Shown in pieces: positions 27,530 to 40,478 of a stretch of 64,000 nucleotides of DNA; positions within the stretch are counted from its first letter, which is position 1, and every line of letters begins with the position of its first letter. Source of the DNA: Heterodontus francisci (Eukaryota); contig NC_090404.1 in assembly GCF_036365525.1 (NCBI RefSeq), forward strand, positions 4,650,001 to 4,714,000, in the 5' to 3' direction. The position numbers and the translations under genes are program-made. The notes below the pieces were generated by a model. It was not told where the DNA came from, did no database searches, and was given only the letters and a program-made list of their open reading frames with translations.

Positions 27530-30500
27530 TTCATCTGAGGCGGCGGGGGGGGCGGGGCGGGGGTGCGGGGGTGTTGCGGAGGGCAAAGAACGAGGTATAG
27601 TAGAAATGATGGAGGCAGTGATTCAACATGTGCATAACAGAAAAGTGGACACTGTGTGTGTATCTGACAGAACAGGTGGACAGTGTGGTTTGTGTATATA
27701 ACAGTAAATTTGAAGTTAGAGTCGATGTGTCAGATAGGCCTCAGAATCCGGGGCTCATTCCTACCGTTTGTCCTCACTCTTGTGTCTACCAGATCCCAGG
27801 CTCTGGGAGTCATCCCAGCAAATAACTTGATTAAAATTCATTGAAACCCTAATTAACTAATTAATTAATAAATAGAGGTGCAACTACACCGAAGGGACGA
27901 GATTACTGCATTTAATATTTATAGTAGAAATCTAGCGCTCGGGACCATATAGTTAATTGTAACTTTATTTAGTAAGGATTTAATAAGTATTTCTTTTAAA
28001 TTAATTTATTAATTAGTGCTAGAAATGTCTGTTAGAGGGGTAAAGTGCTTCACCTGTGAGATGTGGGAGGTCCGTGACACTTGCAGCATTGCGGACAACG
28101 TCATCTGCAAGAAGTGTACCCAATTGCAGCTCGTCACAGACCGCATGGATCGGTTGGAGCAGCAATTGGATGCGCTTAGGAGCGTGCAAGTGGTGGATAA
28201 CATCATAGACAGGAATTTTAGAGACGTGGGTACACCCAAGGTGCAGGCAGATGGATGGGTGACCGCTAGAAGGGGCAGGCAGTTAGTGCAGGAATCCACT
28301 GTGGCTGTCCACCTCTCTAACAAGTATACCGTTTTGGATACTGTTGGGAGGGATGGCCAATCAGGGGAAAACAACAGCAGCAGCCACAGCAGTGGCACCA
28401 CGGCTGGTACTGTTGTTCAACAGGGAGAGACAAAGCGCAGAACAGCATTAATTCTTGGGTACTCTATAGTCAGGGGCACAGATAGGCGCTTCTGAGGACG
28501 TGAAAGAGACTCTCAGATCGTATACTGCCTTCCTGGTGCCAGGGTCAAGGATGTCTCTGAACGGGCAGGGGGCATTCTGAAGGGGAGGGTGAACAGCCAG
28601 AGTTTGTGGTACACATTGGTACCAACGACATAGGCAGGAAGAGTGACGGGGTTCTGCAGGAGGAATTCCGAGAGTTAGGTAGTAAGTTAAAAAACAGGAC
28701 CTCTAGGGTTGTAATCTCGGGATTACTCCCTGTGCCACGTGCCAGTGAGGCTAGAAATAAGAAGATAGTGCAGCTGAACACGTGGCTAAACAGCTGGTGG
28801 AGGAGGGAGGGTTTCAGATATCTGGATCATTGGGATCTCTTCCGGGGCAGGTGGGACCTGTACAAGAAGGACGGGTTGCATCTAAACTGGAGGGGCACAA
28901 ATGTCCTGGCCGCGACTTTTGCTAGCGTCACTCGGGAGGGTTTAAACTAGTGTGGCAGGAGGGGTGGGAACAAGAGCAGTTGGTCAGCAGGTGAAACAAC
29001 TGAGGGGGAACTAGTAAATAAGGCCAGTAAGACTGAGAGGAAGAGCAGGCAGGGAGATGTTGCTGAGCACAGCGGGACTGGTGGTCTGAAGTGCATTTGT
29101 TTCAATGCGAGAAGTATAACAGGTAAGGCAGATGAAATTAAAGCTTGGATTAGTACTTGATGTTGTTGCTATTACAGAGATTTGGTTGAGGTAAGGGCAG
29201 GATTGGCAGCTAAATGTTCCAGGATTTAGAAGCTTCAGGCGGGATAGAGGGGGGTGTAAACGGGGTGGGGGAGTTGCATTACTGGTGAAGGAGGATATCA
29301 CAGCTGAATATGTTACAGCATAATATAGACAGATTGGAGAGTTGGGCAGAGAAATGGCAGATGGAGTTCAATCAGGGCAAATGCGAGGTGATGCATTTTG
29401 GAAGATCCAATTCAACAGTGAACTATACAGTGAATGGAAAAGTCCTGGGGAAAATTGATGTCCAGAGAGATTTGGATGTTCAGGTCCATTGTTCCCTGAA
29501 GATGGCAACGCAGGTAAATAGAGTGGTCAAGAAGGCATACGGCATGCTTTCCTTCATCGGACGGGGTATTGAGTACAAGAGTTGGCAGGTCATGTTACAG
29601 TTGTATAGGACTTTGGTTCGGCCACATTTGGAATACTGCGTACAGTTCTGGTCGCCACATTACCAAAATGATGTGGATGCTTTGGAGAGGGTGCAGAGGA
29701 GGTTCACCAGGATGTTGCCTGGTATGGAGGGCGCTAGCTATGAAGAGAGGTTGAGTAGATTAGGATTATTTTCATTAGAAAGACGGAGGTTGAGGGGGGA
29801 CCTGATTGAGGTGTACAAAATCATGACAGGCATAGACATGGGGGATAGCAAGAAGCTTTTTCCCAGAGTGGGGGATTCAATTACTAGGGGTCATGAGTTC
29901 AAAGTGAGAGGGGAAAAGTTTAGGGGGGATATGCGTGGAAAGTTCTTTACGCAGAGGGTGGTGGGTGCCTGGAACGCGTTGCCAGCGGAGGTGGTAGACG
30001 CGGGCATGATAGCATCTTTTAAGATGTATCTAGACAGATACATGAATGGGCAGGAAGCAAAGAGATACAGACCCTTAGAAAATAGGCGACATGTTTAGAT
30101 AGAGGATCTGGATCGGCGCAGGCTTGGAGGGCCGAAGGGCCTGTTCCTGTGCTGTAATTATCTTTGTTCTTTGTTCTTTGTTCCTTGTACTGCGGGAGGA
30201 TACCTCGGAAATACCTCGGCAGCGAGGCAATATGCAGAGCTCAGGAATAGGACGGGTGCAGTCACAATGTTGGGGGTTTACTACAGGCCTCCCAACAGCC
30301 AGCGGGAGAGAGAGAAACATATATGTAGATAGATTTTGGAAAGATGTAAAAGCAACAGGTTTGTTGTGGTCGGTAATTTAAACTTCCCCTAGATTGACTG
30401 GGACTCAATTAGTGCTAGGGGCTTGGATGGGGCAGAATTTGGAAGGAGCATCCAGGGGGGCTTCTTGAAACAATGTGTAGATTGTCCAACTAGGGAAGGG

Positions 30501-32760
30501 GCCGTACTGTACCTGGTATTGGGGAATGAGCCCAGCCAGGTGGTCGATGTTTCTGTAAGGGAGCATTTCCGGAACGGTAGCCATAATTCCGTAAGTTTTA
30601 AGGTACTTGTGGATAAGGATAAGAGTAGTCCTCCGGTGAAGGTGCTAAATTGGAGGAAGGCTAATTATAACAATATTAGGCAGGAACTGAAGAATTTAGA
30701 TTGGGGGCGGCTGTTTGAGGGTCAATCAACATCTGACATGTGGGAGTCTTTCAAACGTCAGTTGATTAGAATCCAGGACCAGCATGTTCCTGTGAGGATG
30801 AAAGATAAGTTAGGCAAGTTTCGGGTACCTTGGATAACGAGGGATATTGTGAGCCTAGTGAAAAAGTAAAAGGAAGCATTCGTAAGGGCGAGAAGGCTGG
30901 GAACATACGAAGCCCTTGAGGAATATAACGAAAGTAGAAAGCAACTTAAGCAAGGAGTCAGGAGGGTTAAAAGCGGTCATGAAAAGTCTTTGACAAACAG
31001 GATTAAGGAGAAACCCAAGGCTTTATATACGTATATAAAGAACAAGAGGGTACCCAGGGTAAGGGTTGGCCCACTCAAGGACAGAGAAGGAAATCTGTGC
31101 GTGGAGCCTGAGGAAGTGTGCGAGGTACTAAATGAGTACTTTGTATCAGTATTCACCCAAGAGAAGGACTTGGTGGATGATGAGTTCAGGGAAGGGAGTG
31201 TAGATTGTCTGGGTCATGTCGATATCAAAAATGAGGTGTTGGGTGTCTTGAAAAACATTAAGATAGAGATGTCCCCAGGGCCTGATGGGATCTACAGCAG
31301 AATACTGAGGGAGGCAAAGGAGGAAATTTCTGGAGCCTTGACAGAAATCTTTGTATTCTCATTGGCTACAGGTGAGATCCCAGAGGACAGGAAAATAGCC
31401 AATGTTGTTCCTTTGTTTAAGAAGGGTGGTAAGGATAATCCAGGAAATTAGAGGCCGGTGAGCCTTACGTCAGTGTTAGGGAAATTATAAGAGAGGATTC
31501 TTCGGGACAGAATTTATTCCCATTTGGAAACAAATGGACTTATTAGCGAGAGGCAGCATGGCTTTGTGAAAGAGAGGTCGTGTCTCACTAACTTGATCGT
31601 GTTGTTTGAGGAAGTGACGAAGATGATTGATGAAGGAAGGGCAGTGGAAGTTGTCTACATGGACTTCAGTAAAGTCTTTGACAAGGTCCTTCATGGCAGA
31701 TTGGTACAAAAGGTGAAGTTACACGGGATCAGAGGTGAGCTGGCAAGATGGATGCAGAACTGGCTCGGTCATAGAAGACAGAGGGTAGCAGTGGAAGGGT
31801 GCTTTTCTGAATGGAGGACTGTGACTAATGGTGTTTTGCAGGGATCAGTGCTGGGACCTTTGCTGTTTGCAGTATATGTAAATGATTTGGGGGGAAATGT
31901 AGCAGGTCTGATTAGTAAGTTTGCGGACGACGCAAAGGTTGGTGGAGTTGAGAATAGTGATGAGGATTGTCAGAGGATGCAGCAGGATATAGATTGGTTG
32001 GAGACATAGGCAGAGAAATGGCAGTTGGAGTTTAATCCAGACAAATGTGAGGTAATGCATTTTGGAAGGTCTAATACAAGTGGGAAGTATACAGTAATGG
32101 CAGAACCCTTAGGAGTATTGAGAGGCAGAGAGATCTGGGCGAACAGGTCCAAAGATCACTGAAAGTGGCAACGCAGGTGGATAAGGTAGTCAAGAAGGCA
32201 TATGGCATGCTTGCCTTCATCGGTTGGGGCATAGAGTATAAAAATTGGCAAGTTATGCTGCAGCTGTACAGACCCTCAGTTAGGCCACACTTGGAATATT
32301 GCATACAGTTCTGGTCGCCATACCACCAGAAGCATGTGGAGGCTTTGGAGAGGGTACAGAAGAGGTTTACCAGGATGTTGCCTGGTCAGGAGGGTATTAG
32401 CTACCAGGAGAGGTTGGATAAACTCGAATTGTTTTCACTGGAACGACGGAGGTGGAGGGGTGACATGATAGAGGTTTACAAAGTTATGAATTGCATGGAC
32501 AGAGTGCTTAGTCGGAAGGTTTTTCCCAGGGTGGAAGAGTCAGTTACTAGACGACATAGGTTTAAGGTGCGAGGGGCAAAGTTTAAAGGGGATGTGCGAG
32601 GCAAGTTCTTTACACAGAGGGTGGTGAGTGCCTGGAACCTGCTGCCGGGGGAGGTGGTGGAAGCAGGTACGATAGTGACATTTAAGAGGCATCTTGACAA
32701 ATGCACGAATAGGATGGGAATAGAGGGATACGGTCCCCGGATGTGCAGAAGGTTTTAGTT
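27530..32760 (+). mobile_element. Near full-length CR1 (ORF1 Zn-finger/esterase + ORF2) with nested young CR1 at 29308-30187
   Basis: CFTCEMW...CKKC; GTNDIG...GLHLN; endonuclease, RT (KFADD) and C-terminal domain in order; multiple stops. Confidence 0.93.
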
Positions 32761-34005
32761 TTGACAGGCATTGTTCATTTTTCTTTGAATTGTGCATCCT
32801 TGTTTGTCTAATAGGCTTCAGGATTAGGAAGTCATTCCCAGGGGTTGTCCTCTCTGATGTATTAGATAGTCCCTTGGATGTGGGCTCATTCATCGGGTTT
32901 TTGCTTCCTGTAGTGGCAGATGGACCCCAGGATCTTGGAATAATTCCCAGCATTTATTCTTAATGGTCTATCGTTCCAGATATTCATTAGTCTTGAGGAA
33001 TCATTCCCAGCGTTTATTGTCTCTCATGTCTGTGTTATATTTCTAACCTGGTCTGTGCCTGCCCTGGGAGCGTTTGCTGGTGCAGTGCAAAGGGAGCTTT
33101 ACTGTGTATCTAACCCGGGCTGTGCCTGCACTGAGAGTGTGTGTTGTCGCAGGGTGAAGGCAGCTGCACTCTGCATTATCCCGTGCACTACCTCTTCTGG
33201 GAGTGTTTGATGGACAGTATTCTTTCATATACTATACTGTATCAGCCTGTGATGGAGCAGGACGCTGCTCTTTAATGCAACGTGGCACCTGACTGTGACA
33301 GACTATAAGATGGGAGGTGCTCCTCTTCGCTGTGCGGCCATTCTGTCCCTGGGCATTGGCATTTGGAGGCAGAAGGAAAGGTGTCTTTATTCTGATGGGC
33401 CACTGGATGGCGCAGCAGCACCATCACCGAAAGACTTTTGGTTCAAACACAAACCAGACAGGACTGGTGGAAAATACCTGTCAGGAAAAGGGAAAATGTG
33501 TAATCGGTTAAATGGAGTGCGTGAATGGGCCTTGGAGCAAGGATTTCAGCAAAGTCAAGTTAGTCCATTTGTTACTCAAGATTTATTAACAATTTCAAAA
33601 AAAACATTTTACAGTAACATTCTTAAAGGGTCTAAAGTGAATTTAACACCTGTGAGTAACATTGAGGACAAAACACATGCGATCTGAGCTGTAGACTACT
33701 TCTAAAATTGTTACAGATCAGAGAGAAAACAGGGGCTCAACATAAAGCGGAGGAAACAGTTGCAAATAAGGAATAGTTATTTATTTACAGATGAAATTCA
33801 AACTACTGTGAAACTCGAAGGCGCATAGACATGATAGGTAAGATTATCTGACACAATTCAAAGAGAAAAACGGAAACAATGTTTATGATCTTCTCAGCTA
33901 CAGATTCTGAACCATAAACTGACGGCAATTTACTTTTACAGTTTGTTTGATAATACAGAGATGTTAAAAAATAAGGAAAATCCAGGGCGGCCGAAATTCG
34001 ATCGA

Positions 34006-34014
34006 TCACTTAAC
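34006..34014 (-). CDS. IGHM: IgM TM2 exon (VK*)
   Basis: TTTTACAG|GTT AAG TGA completes the KVK tail; AATAAA at 33780-33785 downstream. Confidence 0.9.
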   Translation of the reverse strand, partial: VK

Positions 34015-34146
34015 CTGTAAAAGAGGGATAAAAGAATGAAGCAGAGATTTCGTGGTCTTGGACATTCATCTCAGAACTATGAAATTTTAGAGATTTGTTA
34101 AACAGCTTCATTTAATTTGAAATGTGAGTGGATTGAATATTCTCAC

Positions 34147-34274
34147 CTTCACCAGAGTGACGGCAGCGCTGTAGAAAATGCTCAGGAAGAACAGGATGAT
34201 GAATGTGGAAGCGGTTGTCCAGATGTTGCCGCTCTCTTCCTCATTGTCTTCAATCCAGATGTGGCCTGTGTAAT
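34147..34274 (-). CDS. IGHM: IgM transmembrane exon TM1 (not in ORF track)
   Basis: (D)[46 protein letters not shown] motif, GTGAGA donor; an alternative in-frame acceptor is possible at 34265. Confidence 0.95.
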
Positions 34275-34829
34275 CTTCGGGTTTTTAGAGGAGAAATATA
34301 TTTAGATCGTTCATTAATCCAGGATATAAGATTGTCAATTTGCACTCGCAGAGTTCTTCCTTAAGCCATTATTTTGCTCTCTAATTTAATTTTCAATTTG
34401 TATCTATTGTGAAGTTAATCACTCTTAGCAATCTACCTCTGTTACTAACCCCACAGCCATTCTTCCCATATGATCCTCGTCCAGGCCCTGTTGGAAAATA
34501 TGATATTTCTTTCTTCAGGGTCAGGCGCTATTCTCGTCTGGATCGATCTTGTTCTATCATTCGGGATATCGATGGAATTTTACTGATCAATATCGATAGT
34601 TTTGAGATTTTCATTGGTGCTGGGTAAGAGATTGGATGCGAGTTCTAATCTTGTTTATTTGTGATGGAAGTTGTTGGTCAATCATTAACTGACCTCAGTT
34701 TCTAAGTGAAAACTTTGCTTCACTGTGTTTGTAGGTCCAACATGTATGAGGGAATATGTTGGAGAAGGTGCCCATTCAAACAGTGCATTTGAATGCTACT
34801 TTCACATATCGCCTGGTGCTTTTGTTTGT

Positions 34830-35760
34830 ACGCTTTAATACATGTGTATGTGTGCATAAGTATCTGTTACTTTGCATCACTCAGTGCGTGTCCATGGCTT
34901 GTGTGTGTGAGATTTAATGTATGTTTTAATGCGTTTCTTTGTGCACCCGCCTGTGAATGTATCAATGTGCGTATTTATATCTTGATGCCCGTGTGTTGTG
35001 TCCCTGTATGTCAGTATGTGCTTATGTGCCAATGTGTATCAATGTGTGTTTTCAAGTGGCCGCGTGTGTGTGTATGTGCATGTGCGTGTGTATAAAATAT
35101 ATCATCCTTAATGTTTTATCTTCATTCATCCATGTGTGTGCATGAGCATGATAATGTTTGTTTTTGTGTGTGGTTTGGTCCCCATGCGTGCTTCATGTTG
35201 TGAGCTTTTGTGTTGACAGATGTCTTTATGTTTTCCTGTGTGTCAATGTGTGTTTATGTTTCCATGTGTGCGTATGAGTTTGTTATTGTTTCTTTTTGTG
35301 TGCTTCTGTCCCCATAAGTGTGATAATGCGTCTGCTTTTGTGTTGATGTCTACGTTTATGCATTAATATGTGTGATTATGTGTACATGTGTGCTAATGTG
35401 TGTGTTATGTGCATGTTTTTGCATCCATGTATGTGTCATAATGTTAATGTTGGTGTCTATTTGTGTGTGAGTGATCGTGTTAATGTGTCTGTTTAAATGT
35501 TTGTGTGCAGATGTGTTTGTCTGTTAATGTGCGAGTATGTTTCCATCTAGCTGTGTTTATGTCTATGATAATGAAAGCTTTTCCGTCTATGTTTCTGTGT
35601 TTGTGAGACTGTACTAATGTGTACATTTATGTTTATTTTTGCGTGGGTGACTGTGAAGTGTTTATATCTGCGTTTGAGTCTGTTTGTGTGTGTAGGTGTA
35701 AGTGTGTGGTTGTGCATTTGAGTGTGTTTATGTGTGTGTTTTTGTCTGTGTGCCTGCGCA
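34830..35760. repeat. Degenerate (TG)n low-complexity tract in the CH4-TM intron
   Basis: Pervasive TGTG composition. Confidence 0.85.
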
Positions 35761-37029
35761 TCTTTATTCTTGTTCAAAGTTTTACAGAGAATAAATAACC
35801 GGGTCTGACCCTGACGGTGTGCATTATGGAGAATATTCTTCACTGTTCTGTGTATAAATGTATTCTGTGCGAGATGTCATCTGACATCATCTGAATGACT
35901 GCAACAATGCAACTGATGGATAAAAACAGAAGTTCTGGAAATACTCAGCAGGTCAGACAGCAGCTGTGGACAGAGAAGCAGAATTAACGTTTCAGGTCGG
36001 TGCCCTTTTCACACACCTGAAATGTTAACTCTGCTTCTCTCTCCACAGATGCTGCCTGACCTGCTGAGTATTTAAGCATTTTCTGTTTTTATTTCAGCTT
36101 TCCCCTGTCTGCAATATTTTGCTTTTATTTCCATGAAACTGATGGGCCTCAGAATCATCAGGAACAGGAGATGATTAAATCTTCAGCTAGATTTAGATGA
36201 TTAGATTATTAGAATTTAACCGGGAGACCGTGAACGATATTACGTTACATAAATATATATTTTACAATGTGATTCCCATGTGGAAAGTTTAAAATCTTCG
36301 CACACTGCGCTCGAAGCCGACTTTGTACTGATGGCATTTGAGTCCATTTAATAGAGAGCAGGGGGACTGGGAGTATAAGGTTTACAAATGTCCTTGCCCC
36401 TTTTTCTGTTGGAGGAAATATGGGGAGGAGCAACAGTCAGTTCACAATTCTCTTTACCGTCTGTCTGTTGCAGAAGTACCGTTGCAGTGGATTCACAAGT
36501 ACCCTTTCCTCTTTGTTTGGGAAGTGGGGTACAGTGTTTTAGTAAATTCCTCTTCCCCCTCTTTCTGATGGGGGATTTTGGGAAGACTTCGTATTCGTGT
36601 GTGGCCATCACTTCAGTTCCCAGTGTGCATGATGCTGCAACTAAAAACTGACCCTATTCTGAAGGGATGGCCAACACGAGAAGCAGGTACACCGAGATCT
36701 AAATGCACTGCGTATTTTTGTTGGTAAGGGGAAATGTCCAGATTCCCCATCTCCTCCTCCCCGGCCCCCCACCCCTGTCCCCCTCTAATGCTCCCCACCG
36801 CCTCCCCCTCCTCCAACGGGAGGAAAGTTGCTGAAATTCTTCCACAGAATCCAATAATGAATCAGGTTTACTCTGTGAATTAATATGTGCTGGAAACACT
36901 GGTTGGACAAGACTTGGGCCCGAGACCTGCAAATATCATGCTTTGATGAAAAGACCTACACTTAGCAAATGTGTGAAGCCCAATTCATTGAGCTGTTGTG
37001 TATTTAAATCGCGATTGGAAGAAAAGGTC

Positions 37030-37048
37030 TTTATTGTGTTTTTTTATT
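37030..37048 (-). terminator. Secretory-mu polyadenylation signals
   Basis: Two AATAAA (37043-37048, 37030-37035) within 50 nt after the tailpiece stop. Confidence 0.8.
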
Positions 37049-37076
37049 TAAGAATTGAAATGCAATCGAGAAATTC

Positions 37077-37471
37077 TCATTGACATGAATTAACGGTGTC
37101 CAACAGTGCAAGGGAAATGTTCACAAAACTCGGTTTACCGCTGGATTTATTAACTGTTCTGTTGATGATCTTCAAGGGGATCGCTTCATGTCCCACCACA
37201 CAGGAGTAAGAAGCGCCGCTGGCCCACTCCTCCGCTGCAATGGATAACAGGCTGTAGATGAAGTAGGAGCTCTTGTCGTTCTCCGCCATCACCTCGGTGT
37301 TCTTGTAGTTGCCGGGATTCACCGACTTGTCATTGACAGTCCACTTGACGAAGATCTCTCGGGGGGAGAAACCTCTCACTAAGCAGGTGAGGGAGAGGAA
37401 CCTCTCTGCGGAGACTTCTTCTGCTGGGGGCAGGAGAACAGACACAGACGGTTCCCGCAGATCTTTCCATG
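37077..37471 (-). CDS. IGHM: IgM CH4 exon plus secretory tailpiece
   Basis: [15 protein letters not shown]...[10 protein letters not shown]...YSCVVGHE...[24 protein letters not shown]; N-glycan sequon and penultimate Cys; internal G|GTAAAC donor at 37139/37138 for the membrane form. Confidence 0.97.
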
Positions 37472-37941
37472 CTGAAAAATTAAAATAAATGTCAATAAAC
37501 TAGACAATTTCAGAGACAATGACACCGGTGGTTAAATGTGAGAGAAATTGTGAAGGTTTTCCTTTTCCTCTCTGGGGCCTGTGCTGTTTTCCAGCCGGCG
37601 CAGAGGCGCTGCAATCCTGCTCGCCGAGAACATAAAGGATTTGACTGGAAAATTACATAGAACATGCAGCACAGGAGCAGGCCATTAGGACGAGCTAGCC
37701 TATGCTGGTGTTTATGCTGCACACGGACCTCCTCCCACCTTACTTCAGCTCTTTCTATTCCTTTCTCCATAATCTACGTATCTAGCATCACCTGAAATGC
37801 ATCACCTCTGGCCCCAGGGAGGTTCAATAGTGAATTACAATTAAAGTATCAGCGTAATCCATTCAACCACTTAATTGGGCCTTGCACAAACACCGGCAAG
37901 AAGCACAACCTCTGACTTATTGCTTCAATCACATTGCTCAC

Positions 37942-38247
37942 CTTCCTTGTGGATGGAATCTCTGAGAGGAGTCGGCAGATCCTGATGGCTCACCACACAG
38001 TAGAACACAGCCTCACTCAGCCAGGCTTGTGTCGAGATGTCTACAGTGCTGATCACGCTGTCGGGATCCTCTCCGGGTTGGACGGCAATCTCTGATTTCA
38101 AAGGCTTCTGTTCTTGTGTCCAGGACACGTTGACACCATAAGGAGCATTAGACACGACGCAGGTTAAGGTGACCGTCGCCTCCAGTAAGACCTGTTCTAT
38201 TGATGGTGGCAGTAGTTTAATTACTGGATGATTGCACTCGGAAGAAT
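37942..38247 (-). CDS. IGHM: IgM CH3 exon
   Basis: 306 nt, CAG...GTGAG; [16 protein letters not shown]...LTCVVSN...VSW...[13 protein letters not shown]. Confidence 0.96.
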
Positions 38248-38744
38248 CTGCAGAACAGAAATGAGAGTCAAAGAAATCTCCATCTTCAGGATCAGGACGC
38301 GAGTATTTAACTATCACTTTCTTCAGGAGGGGAAAAACACCTTTCACTTCAACACTGTCGTTCATGGGAAGGGCAACGATTTGTAAATTCAGGGACATCC
38401 AAGCGGATCACATCTCTGCTGAATATAATGGCTCTGTCACCCGAGGACATGAGCTACACATGAAATTCATACTGGCTCAAAACGAATGAAATTACGAATT
38501 TTCGGACCAACTGGAAACAAAGTTAATGTTCTGGTGCCTTGTCAGTATATTTGGGGAGATGAAAATGTTCAGCAACCAGACAGAGGAGGGGCGAAAGGTC
38601 GGTAAAATGCAGTCCCAAGGTTTTTGTTTTTCTGTGGTGAGGAATAATTCGCAATACTGGACGAGATAGTTTTCTAATATCTGCCACGAGTGAGTATTTC
38701 TCATGTGTCGGCCTGGAGTTAGAAGGCGATCTGACCACAGGACT

Positions 38745-39300
38745 GTAATAAGACCATAAGAATAAGAGTGTGCATTCAGCCCCTCGAGCTGCGTTCCGCC
38801 ATTCAATTACACGATGTCTGAATTGTATCTTAATTCTGTTTACCCATATATAACCCTTAATACCCTTACCTGTCAGAAATCTATCACTCGCAACATTAAA
38901 GTTTTCAATAGATGTCAAGCTTCTAAAGCGAGTTGGGGGAGAGAATTCCAGATTACCGCTATCTACTGTGTGAATATTCCCTTCCTGATATCATTCCTGA
39001 ATGACCATGGTCTAATCTGAAGGTTATGCCCCCTTGTTCTGAAGTTCCTCACCAGAGGAAATATTTTTCTCCATTGACTCCATCAATTCCAGTAAACATC
39101 TTAACCACCTCAATTAGATCACCCTTTAATCTTCTATCCTCAAAGCAATACCAGTTTGGCCTGTGAAACCTGTCCTCTTAACTTAACCCGATCAGCCCCG
39201 TTATCATTATGGTCAATTCTTGTTGCACCACTCCCAAGGCCAATACATTCTTCCTGTGCTCTGCAGTCCAGAATTGAACACAGTTTTCTAAATAGGGTAG
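38745..39300 (-). mobile_element. CR1 3' fragment in the CH2-CH3 intron
   Basis: LENCVQFW; DRFLTGKGIKGY; CR1 tail. Confidence 0.75.
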
Positions 39301-39651
39301 ATGCTCTTTCTGGCACCTGATTCCGAGGCCGTTACCAAGAAAGGGTTCCAGATGCCGATTGCTGCTCCGTGTATGATTAGCCCATTCAGGATCAAGCTGA
39401 TATACAGGCCACCTCACTCACTATATGACATCACAGTAGAGCTAAACATTCTTTCATGATGTGATGACATGTTGAACCGTGAGCAATCCTAATTTCTAAT
39501 TTCTAAATCCTAAACTCACAGCCAAATAACACATAAAAACTGCACGATGGCGATTTAGAAATTGTTCTTTGTACTAACTCCAATAAATTCCTGACTTTCA
39601 GTAACATGGAGTACAGAAAGGTGTGGAGCTTCCTGGGACTGTGCATCTTAC

Positions 39652-39969
39652 CTGGAGATCCGGTGATGTTTCGGCTTTGGGTGGCCGCTTGATGGGAGAC
39701 CTGGCAGGTATAGACCGTGTTGGTGAACCATTCCCGAGCGGGGACTGTCAGCCGACTGGTCGCTGAGAAGTTCCCGTTCGTTTCACAGGCGGGAGAGGTG
39801 ACGAAGCCCGATTCCATGGGATGTCCATCCTTCAACCAACTCACGGTTATTGCTTCTGGATGGAAATCGATGATTGAACACACGACAGTTGCAAATCTGC
39901 TGCTTGTGATTTCTTCACTGGAAGTCTGGGTGAGGATAACAGTTGGATGGACGATGTCACCTTTACAAT
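39652..39969 (-). CDS. IGHM: IgM CH2 exon
   Basis: 318 nt, AG...GTAAG; [14 protein letters not shown]...[20 protein letters not shown]...YTCQVSH. Confidence 0.96.
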
Positions 39970-40181
39970 CTTCAAGAAAAAACATGTTAGACATTTCGAG
40001 AAGAAATTAATAACTAATACAAACTGTTCTTATATTTTAACAGGTTATTTGCATCAAGCAGGCACTAACTGATGTTTCCAGGGGTCTGCACTGTGCACAA
40101 CACTCTAAATGTGGAATAGCCAATGTTCTACACAAGATCCTTCTAGCTTTTCTGTTTTTCCACAGTTTCCACAACACTAAC

Positions 40182-40478
40182 CTGGAATTTCCTTGATCCA
40201 GAGCGACTCTCCGCGTCGAACCTCGCAGTAGATTTTGCTGCTTCCCACCTCTGACTCAGTGATGGTTAATTGGCTGCTCAGGGTGTAGGTTCCCTTCTTG
40301 TTCAGCACTGACGGGTAAGTCTTCAAACCAGTGGTGATCGGTTCTTCACCTTTCTTCCAGGAAACGCTGGTGATTTGGGGGATGTAGTCCATCGCCAAAC
40401 AGCCGTAGGCCATGGAGCCATCGGTGTTGGGTTGTTCACAGGAGCACAGGCCGTAAAGAGTTGGGGGAGACGGTGTCG
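40182..40478 (-). CDS. IGHM: IgM CH1 exon
   Basis: 297 nt, phase 1/1, AG...GTTAGT; [14 protein letters not shown]...[18 protein letters not shown]...[16 protein letters not shown] (C1-set). Confidence 0.96.

Noticed and set aside
33295-33687. 130-aa ORF
   Set aside because: Non-ATG start, no recognisable domain, antisense just past the TM 3' UTR.
34793-35843. Cys/Val- and His/Thr-rich ORFs
   Set aside because: TG low-complexity artefact.
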